A program made the position numbers and the translations under genes. From Thermoanaerobaculia bacterium (lineage in GTDB: Bacteria; Acidobacteriota; Thermoanaerobaculia; Multivoradales; J023), in contig JALCBJ010000016.1 of NCBI GenBank assembly GCA_028066595.1, positions 23,085-87,084 on the forward strand: a DNA stretch of 64,000 nt, read 5' to 3'. Positions 58,238 through 64,000 of the stretch are shown here, in pieces. Numbering within the stretch: position 1 is the first letter of the stretch; each line of letters starts with the position of its first letter. The notes below the pieces were generated by a model. It did not search any database and was not told the DNA's origin. It saw only the letters and a program-made list of their open reading frames with translations.

Positions 58238-59224
58238 TCAGCGAAGCGGCCGCAGCAGGATGTCGCCGCGATATGTCGAGACCGAAACCTGCGCCGAGGG
58301 CTCCTCCAGATCTTCCTGGGCGCCGACGCGTGTCTCGAGGGCAGCTTGATATCCGGACATCTCGCGACGCCTCTCGTCACCGCCCAGCTGATTGTCGATA
58401 CGACCGTGTTTGGCAGCTGCATCGATGAGAGCCGGCGTTCCGGCACCGAGGCCCAGGTCGAGGGTGCCGTTGAAGGTCGTGGCCCTAACGACGGCGGGAG
58501 CTGAGAATCCCAGAAGATTCAGCGCGACGGGTCCGTTCAAACTGTCCACATGGGCCCGACGCACACCTTGCAGACGCAGATCCTGCGGCCCATTGACCGT
58601 GTCCACTCTCAATTGCCGTACGGTCGCGTCGACACCGACAGGGCCGCTCACGGCGAGTAGCACCAACTCGCCGAGCAAACCATCGACTTGTAGCACTCCG
58701 GAAACTGTCTCCAGACGGACGACACCCGAATCCATCCCGGACCCTGTCAACCTCTGGGTACCGCTGACCACGTTGGAGTCGACTCCGCCCTCCACACCCG
58801 TCACCCGTAGGTCGAGACTCATACTCTCGATCTCGAGACGTGCTCCTCGAGGGACGCGAATGCTGAGATCCGCCGAAGCACCTCGAAGGCTCTCGTGCAC
58901 ACGTAGCAACACGCGCTCGCCACGGCGCTCCAGCAGGACGGAATCGAGATCTCTCCCCAGTCGCCCTGTGACCTCGACTTTCGGTCGGTCCCAACCACTG
59001 ACCACGACGGTACCCCGGACCTGATCGATCTCGACCACACCGTCGAGTGAAGCGGCCACGCTCCGACGTACCGATTCCTCTTCGTTCGCTGGATCAGCCG
59101 TCTCAGGCGCGGTCGTCGAGGCTGCCGCCGGAACGAGCGCCATCGCACACGTCACCCACCAGGCGACACTCACCGACAGCGCAAGCCGCCGCCTCGAGTC
59201 CTCAGACCGAGTCGGACAGTCCAC
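58238..59224 (-). CDS. DUF4097-type putative adhesin / beta-helical repeat protein
   Basis: Signal/TM region (LALSVSVAWWVTCAMALVPAAAS), then repeated beta-strand units (G.V.V...G..V.V, DLRVTGVEGGVDSNVVSG...). Typical third gene of ECF sigma / anti-sigma / DUF4097 modules. Confidence 0.6.
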   Translation of the reverse strand: MDCPTRSEDSRRRLALSVSVAWWVTCAMALVPAAASTTAPETADPANEEESVRRSVAASLDGVVEIDQVRGTVVVSGWDRPKVEVTGRLGRDLDSVLLERRGERVLLRVHESLRGASADLSIRVPRGARLEIESMSLDLRVTGVEGGVDSNVVSGTQRLTGSGMDSGVVRLETVSGVLQVDGLLGELVLLAVSGPVGVDATVRQLRVDTVNGPQDLRLQGVRRAHVDSLNGPVALNLLGFSAPAVVRATTFNGTLDLGLGAGTPALIDAAAKHGRIDNQLGGDERRREMSGYQAALETRVGAQEDLEEPSAQVSVSTYRGDILLRPLR

Positions 59225-59852
59225 TTGCCACCTCGCGCAACAGTTCGAGGCTGCGACGCTGATGGGTCAGGATCCGCCGTTCCAACGCCGGATTCCCCGG
59301 GTCGTCCAGGAGGGCGGTCCGTAGGTCGGCAACGGCCGAATCGAGTATCTGAAGGTTCTGCTCCACCATCTCCCATGCCTCCGGCGACATCTGTTGGCGC
59401 TGCTCGAACACGGCGATCCAGAGTTCCTCCTTGGCACGCAAGAACTGCATCTCTGCCCGCTCCATTGGACTGCCGGAAGAGGCCAGCCTGAGCTCGGCTC
59501 CCATAGGCGGCGACACCGCGCTCTCGGGGCCGGACATCGAGAAATAGGTCAGCGCGGAACCCGCTACCAGTCCGAACCCGGCTGCCAAGGCCTGACGCCA
59601 ACCAGGATGCCTGCTCAGTCTCGGCAGACCGCGCCGCCATCGAGGACGGTGGACAGGCCGTTGCCGAGGGCGAAGCCGAGGTACGACTTCTTGCCACAGG
59701 TCGCGCTCCGGCTGGACCGATGCCGGCAGTTCGGAGACCGCCTCGGCGAGGAGCGCGAGCTGAGGGTCCTTGTCCAAGGGATCATCTGCTGCGGCACCCC
59801 GGATCTTGGTGCTCTGAGGCGTTTCGCTGGTCGATGTGGGTTCTTTGCTCAC
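59202..59852 (-). CDS. membrane-spanning anti-sigma factor (putative)
   Basis: GTG start. Cytoplasmic N-domain, one TM helix (ALAAGFGLVAGSALTYF), periplasmic C-domain. Directly follows the ECF sigma gene with a 25-nt gap. Confidence 0.5.
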   Translation of the reverse strand: MSKEPTSTSETPQSTKIRGAAADDPLDKDPQLALLAEAVSELPASVQPERDLWQEVVPRLRPRQRPVHRPRWRRGLPRLSRHPGWRQALAAGFGLVAGSALTYFSMSGPESAVSPPMGAELRLASSGSPMERAEMQFLRAKEELWIAVFEQRQQMSPEAWEMVEQNLQILDSAVADLRTALLDDPGNPALERRILTHQRRSLELLREVASGLSDSV

Positions 59853-59877
59853 GTTCTTCCCCGTTCCAGACTTCAGT

Positions 59878-60501
59878 CTATCGGGCGACTCCGGCGGATG
59901 GAGACTTCAGCGCGTCACGTAGCAAGGTTCTTGCTCGATGCAGTTGCGTCTTGCTCGTTCCGACCGCGAGGCCGGTCAGCTCGGCGATCTCGCGATGTTT
60001 GAGTCCTTCGACGTCGTGTAGGACGAAGACCGTCCGCGCACCCCGCGGCAGCTCTCGGATGGCTCGTTCCAGATCCATGGTGAGGCCCATCGCCGGCCGC
60101 TGCTCCGGCTCGCTCCAACGGCCGGCATCCTCGATCGGAATCACGCGTTGGCGGTAGCGCCCGCGAGCACGCCAGGTCCCCAGGACCAGGTTCACGGTCA
60201 GCCGGTGTAGCCAGGAAGCGAAGGCGGACTCTCCGCGAAAGCCGTCGAGCTTCTCCCATGCCCGGACGAACGCTTCTTGCGTCATTTCTTCAGCCTCCGA
60301 CGGATTGCCCGTCATACGCAAGCAGAGTGCGTAGACGCGGCCGACATGGGTTCGATAGAGCCTTTCGAACGCAACGAGATCACCACCGCTCGCGGCGGCG
60401 ACCCATCCCTCGATCTCCTCTTCCGATGGGTCGGCGGACACGGCAGCCCGACGCGGCCACGAGAGGGGCCGTGGGCCATCATGGTTCGGATCCTCTTTCA
60501 T
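59878..60501 (-). CDS. ECF (sigma-70 family group IV) sigma factor
   Basis: Start MKEDPNH (cat at 60499-60501; alternative start MANIRPF at 60603). Region 2 (GDLVAFERLYRTHVGRVYALCLRMTGNPSEAEEMTQEAFVRAWEKL) and region 4 HTH (LPRGARTVFVLHDVEGLKHREIAELTGLAVGTSKTQLHRAR). Confidence 0.8.
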   Translation of the reverse strand: MKEDPNHDGPRPLSWPRRAAVSADPSEEEIEGWVAAASGGDLVAFERLYRTHVGRVYALCLRMTGNPSEAEEMTQEAFVRAWEKLDGFRGESAFASWLHRLTVNLVLGTWRARGRYRQRVIPIEDAGRWSEPEQRPAMGLTMDLERAIRELPRGARTVFVLHDVEGLKHREIAELTGLAVGTSKTQLHRARTLLRDALKSPSAGVAR

Positions 60502-60716
60502 GAATCGCGGTAAGACAGGGTCGGTTCGGCCCTGTGTACGGATGAGATGCCGCCCCTGGCCGAAAGGTTTGTCTCCTACGGAGAAAGGCCGGATATTCGC
60601 CATGCTATCGTCCCTTCTCGCTCCCTGCCCGTTGCGTGGAAGCACCAGTGTCCCGTTTGACAAATCCCATCCAGAAAATTCGGTGCCTTTTTGCCCCAAA
60701 CTGTGTTGCTCCGCCT

Positions 60717-60734
60717 CCCATACTCCAGTATGGG
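60717..60734. promoter_or_regulatory. perfect 18-bp palindrome CCCATACTCCAGTATGGG in divergent intergenic region
   Basis: Seen directly: cccatact cc agtatggg. The reverse complement of CCCATACT is AGTATGGG. Lies between the ECF sigma gene start and the 495-aa membrane protein gene. Confidence 0.45.
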
Positions 60735-60813
60735 TCGTTGTCGCGCCGTGTTTGAAACAAAAATGACCTCGAAGTTCTTGAATGGGATTAGCCGCGCGGG
60801 ACACTAGACGTCT

Positions 60814-62301
60814 GTGAACAACGACTTCGAAACGGCCCCTGACGCTGCCGCGACCCGCTCGGGCCGGCCGTTCCGTCGACGCGTCGGTGGCGACCTCCAT
60901 GTCACCAACTTCCCTGGCGACCCCGACCGTCTGTGGCTAGATACAGGTTTCCCGGTCGAGGGGTGGCATGGCAGACCGCCGAGCCGACCAGGCCGGCCCG
61001 ACTTTCCCGGCACGCCGATCCGTATCGAGCATCGCTCCAATGACCTCCGCTGGTCACATGAATGGTGGGAGATCTCGGCCACACGGATCCAGGACGACGC
61101 CCGCGGCACCGAACGTTTCGTCTATGAGCTTCGCCCATGGCCCGAAGGACAGATCCTCCGGCAAGGTGTCGAGCTTTCTTCCGAGACGGCGAGACGGCTG
61201 ACACTCGAGCATCGCGCAGCCGCCCGACGCCGGGCCGAGTCCGACCGGGCCGCACTGTTCATGCCGTTCTTCGGCCTCCTACCGGCTCCCGACCAGGAGG
61301 AGATCGAAAGCCGCCATGGTTTACCGCCGGGTCGCGCGACCATGCTCACGGCTCTCCCCTTGCTGTTGCTTTCGGTCTACGGCGTTCTTCTGGCGTTCGC
61401 CGCCAACTTCGGGTTGGTCGGTGACGACGTGAGTCTTCTCGCCAAGGACTTTCGCTATCTCTTGGGCTACCTGGGTCTCGAGTCCGCGGTGCGGCTGGCC
61501 ATGGGCCTCCTTGGTCAACCCGTAGGCAGTGCTTTGGTGGTGGTTCCTTTGGCGACCTTGCGGGCACTGGCACCGTCTCGGGGGAGTGACGAGCAACTCC
61601 CCGCAGCACCAGGTGAAGTTCCGCGAGGATCTGCAGCATGGCTCGAAGCGACCGACGTGGTGAAACGCCTGCCACCCAATAACGAAGGTCGCGAACGCCT
61701 CGAAGTCCTCTCTCCCTTGCCCAAGGATCATTGGCGGGCCCAGGTCGATCTCATCTACCACGCGGACGTGCCGTACTTGCTGGAGGAGCGTCGAGAGGTT
61801 CCCGGCGGGCATAGCTTCTTTCTCGAGGCGCCGCCTCCCGGTGTGCGCAAGACCCGCGCCGTCCATCACTACCACCCTTCCGAAGTTCGTGAGGTTTACA
61901 AGGAAGAACGACGGCTCAAGGCCGAGGCATGGCTAGAGACCCTGGCACCCCTGGTGGGGTTCACCGAACCCCAATTGCAACTCGAGCTGGCGGAGTTCAC
62001 CAACTACAAGCCCTATCGCGGGGTACTTCAATCGATTCTCTTCGCTCTGCTCTTTGGTTTTCTTTCCCTGCGCACCGGCTGGGCGATGTTCGAGGGTGCC
62101 GAGCCCGCCGATCATCTCGCCTTCCTGGGCTTGGGGGTGGTCATGGTGTGGGAAAACGTGGTGCGGGCAATTCGTTTGCGCCGCGGAGAAATCACTCCTA
62201 GCTTCCTGGGTCGCTTGGTCTCGCCCTTTGCCCGCAAGGCCCTGCGCTGGCGACCCGATCCGTCGTGGCCCTATCCGCCCAAAGGATCTGAGTCCGCCTG
62301 A
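60814..62301 (+). CDS. hypothetical membrane protein (495 aa)
   Basis: Soluble N-domain, a TM helix (MLTALPLLLLSVYGVLLAFAANFGLVG), about 200-aa middle domain, and two C-terminal TM helices. No family recognized. Confidence 0.45.
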   Translation: MNNDFETAPDAAATRSGRPFRRRVGGDLHVTNFPGDPDRLWLDTGFPVEGWHGRPPSRPGRPDFPGTPIRIEHRSNDLRWSHEWWEISATRIQDDARGTERFVYELRPWPEGQILRQGVELSSETARRLTLEHRAAARRRAESDRAALFMPFFGLLPAPDQEEIESRHGLPPGRATMLTALPLLLLSVYGVLLAFAANFGLVGDDVSLLAKDFRYLLGYLGLESAVRLAMGLLGQPVGSALVVVPLATLRALAPSRGSDEQLPAAPGEVPRGSAAWLEATDVVKRLPPNNEGRERLEVLSPLPKDHWRAQVDLIYHADVPYLLEERREVPGGHSFFLEAPPPGVRKTRAVHHYHPSEVREVYKEERRLKAEAWLETLAPLVGFTEPQLQLELAEFTNYKPYRGVLQSILFALLFGFLSLRTGWAMFEGAEPADHLAFLGLGVVMVWENVVRAIRLRRGEITPSFLGRLVSPFARKALRWRPDPSWPYPPKGSESA

Positions 62302-62394
62302 CGCCATGCGGTACGGACGGATCGGTTAGACTGCGCGCATCATTCTCCGCAAGACTGGCCTGACCGAGCGACACGCTCGGTTCCAGGAGGTCCC

Positions 62395-64000
62395 GTGTCC
62401 ACACCGCATAGGTCTTCCCCACCGCCGTCTGACGGCGATGTCGCCAAGACGTTCGACGACGTCTTGGCCGACGAGCTGACGGCGGTAGAGCTACGCCGAG
62501 AAGCCTGGCGGCGGGCCATCCAGGGCGACCTGAAGCCCCCGGGCGAATCGACGGAACACGATCTGGGCTTGAGCCCGACAGTCCGACGGTTGTCCCAGAC
62601 CGAGCGTTCCCAACAGGAGCAGCTCCGTCGGCGCGCCTTCGACAAAGGCATGTTCGGCGTCGCGCTCTCCGGCGGCGGAATTCGAAGTGCCACGTTCTGC
62701 CTCGGCGTTCTGCAGACCTTGGGCAAGCTCCGGCTGTTGAGCCGAGTGGACTACCTGTCGACCGTATCGGGCGGCGGATATATCGGTGGCTGGTTCAGCT
62801 CTCTTCTCCATCGCACCCTCGAAGCCGACCGGCAGGACGTGGCCGAGCTGTCGCGGATGGCTCGCGAGGAGTCCAAGGAAGTCGAGCGCCAGATCCGAAG
62901 CCAGGCGCGCGGTGTGTTTCGTCTGGAGCGGGAACTAGGCACCAACAGTCCGGCTCTCTCATCGAGTACCGTCCGCGATCCGGAGAACGAGAATCCCTCG
63001 ATCACGTTTCTGCGCCGCTACTCCAACTATCTGACTCCGCGGGTGGGCTTCTTGTCGGTCGACACGTGGACCGCCGTCGCCACCTACCTGCGTAACCTGC
63101 TCCTGAACTTCGCGATCTTGCTCGCGTTGACCGGCGCTGCCCTGCTCGCGCCCCGTTTCGTCACGTCGGCTCTCATCGGTCTCGAGGCTCTCGTGAACGC
63201 TCCGAGTCCTGCGTGGATGGCACCGCTGTCGACGCTCAATCTCCTGGTGCTCGCTGCAGTGGCTCTAACGCTCGTCGCGGCCGTGACCATTGCGACCGGT
63301 CTGATGGACCTAGAAGATCGGACGTCGCGGGACGGACTACGTCCCGAGGTCGTGATCAAGTCCTCGGTCCTCACGATCCTGGTCGCCGCCATGCTCCAGT
63401 CCGTGACCCTGGCATCTCTGGATGCCCGGGATCTGAGTGTTCTCGAGTGGTGCACGCGCCTCTCCCTCGCGGCTGTCGTCGTCTGGAGCCTGGCCGGGAT
63501 CTTCGCGTGCCGGATCGGGCCGAGACGCCGGCACGGTCGCTGGTGGCCCGAGGGGTGGACGCAATGGGTGCTCTCTGGCGCCCTCGTATCCTTCGTCGGT
63601 GCTGCAGTTCTGTGGGCACTCGGGAAGACCAGGGTTCCCGGCGGCGCGCTCGCCGACGACTGGTTGGCCGCGTCGTGGGCCCCTCCGTTGCTCGTTCTCT
63701 GGCTGGTAGCGGTCGGTGCCGTACAAACAGGTCTCGCAGGGACCGCGTTTCACGATTCGCAACGGGAGTGGCTCAACCGGCTGGGGGCTTGGCTACTCAT
63801 CGCAGCCGGCGCATGGAATCTGGCGTTTCTGCTGATCCTCCTCGGACCGCCGGTGCTGATGTCCCTGGGCCCCCTCGTCCGAACCGCGCTGATCGGCGGA
63901 TGGGTCGGAACCACGATCGCGGGTCTGTTGACCGCGCGCTCGCAAGCCGAGAAACAAGGCGGCATGACGGGGCGCCTGATCATGGCGGTGGCACCGTGGG
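62395..64000 (+). CDS. patatin-like phospholipase domain protein with polytopic C-terminal membrane domain (runs past window end)
   Basis: Open frame with no stop in the window, so absent from the track. GTG at 62395 preceded by AGGAGG (62385-62390). Oxyanion-hole motif GVALSGGGIRSATFCLGVLQTL (GGGxR[GS]). Nucleophile-elbow-like DYLSTVSGGGYIGG (TxSxG). From about residue 230 onward there are at least 8 hydrophobic helices. Confidence 0.5.
   Translation, partial: MSTPHRSSPPPSDGDVAKTFDDVLADELTAVELRREAWRRAIQGDLKPPGESTEHDLGLSPTVRRLSQTERSQQEQLRRRAFDKGMFGVALSGGGIRSATFCLGVLQTLGKLRLLSRVDYLSTVSGGGYIGGWFSSLLHRTLEADRQDVAELSRMAREESKEVERQIRSQARGVFRLERELGTNSPALSSSTVRDPENENPSITFLRRYSNYLTPRVGFLSVDTWTAVATYLRNLLLNFAILLALTGAALLAPRFVTSALIGLEALVNAPSPAWMAPLSTLNLLVLAAVALTLVAAVTIATGLMDLEDRTSRDGLRPEVVIKSSVLTILVAAMLQSVTLASLDARDLSVLEWCTRLSLAAVVVWSLAGIFACRIGPRRRHGRWWPEGWTQWVLSGALVSFVGAAVLWALGKTRVPGGALADDWLAASWAPPLLVLWLVAVGAVQTGLAGTAFHDSQREWLNRLGAWLLIAAGAWNLAFLLILLGPPVLMSLGPLVRTALIGGWVGTTIAGLLTARSQAEKQGGMTGRLIMAVAPW

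Noticed and set aside
1-64000. Mobile elements, prophage, CRISPR arrays
   Set aside because: No integrase, transposase, recombinase, terminase or capsid-like ORFs in any frame. No regularly spaced direct repeats longer than the 13-nt duplication at 52076. The tRNA-Leu has no flanking att repeat within the window.

Overview
High-GC (about 65%) chromosomal segment from a diderm (Gram-negative-type) bacterium. Evidence for the diderm call: Lpt proteins, a TolC-family protein and an N-terminally lipidated LolB-like protein. Sigma-54, CarD/CdnL, bacilliredoxin and MshEN proteins suggest an Acidobacteriota-, Gemmatimonadota- or Myxococcota-like lineage, but this is not resolvable from sequence alone. 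Most of the window is core housekeeping. The minus strand carries a conserved string hprK (partial) - ptsN - hpf - rpoN - lptB - giant LptC/LptA-like - recJ - accA - priA. Other housekeeping genes are carD, a tRNA-Leu(CAA), purC, dnaB, dtd, ssb, mutS, glnA, trxA, ribF, rimO and asnS. Interspersed accessory-looking modules, in window order: (1) a 690-aa protein with a cryptic class-III nucleotidyl-cyclase-like core, translationally coupled to purC; (2) two Dpp/Opp-type ABC ATPases plus a TolC-family gene with no permease or binding protein; (3) a PadR-HAAS (DUF1700) module flanked by related AT-rich palindromic candidate operators, next to a beta-lactamase-fold serine hydrolase; (4) a c-di-GMP-binding MshEN-motif protein a few kb from a 1,280-aa periplasmic double-propeller sensor with degenerate GGDEF and intact EAL; (5) an OYE flavoenzyme gene that appears 3'-truncated where it collides with the convergent sensor gene; (6) an ECF sigma / anti-sigma / DUF4097 / bacilliredoxin cluster; (7) a membrane protein plus a polytopic patatin-like phospholipase running off the window end. 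No integrase, transposase, CRISPR array or prophage signature was seen. Many long ORFs in the track are antisense high-GC artefacts, and several real genes are N-terminally over-extended in the track. Corrected starts are proposed below.
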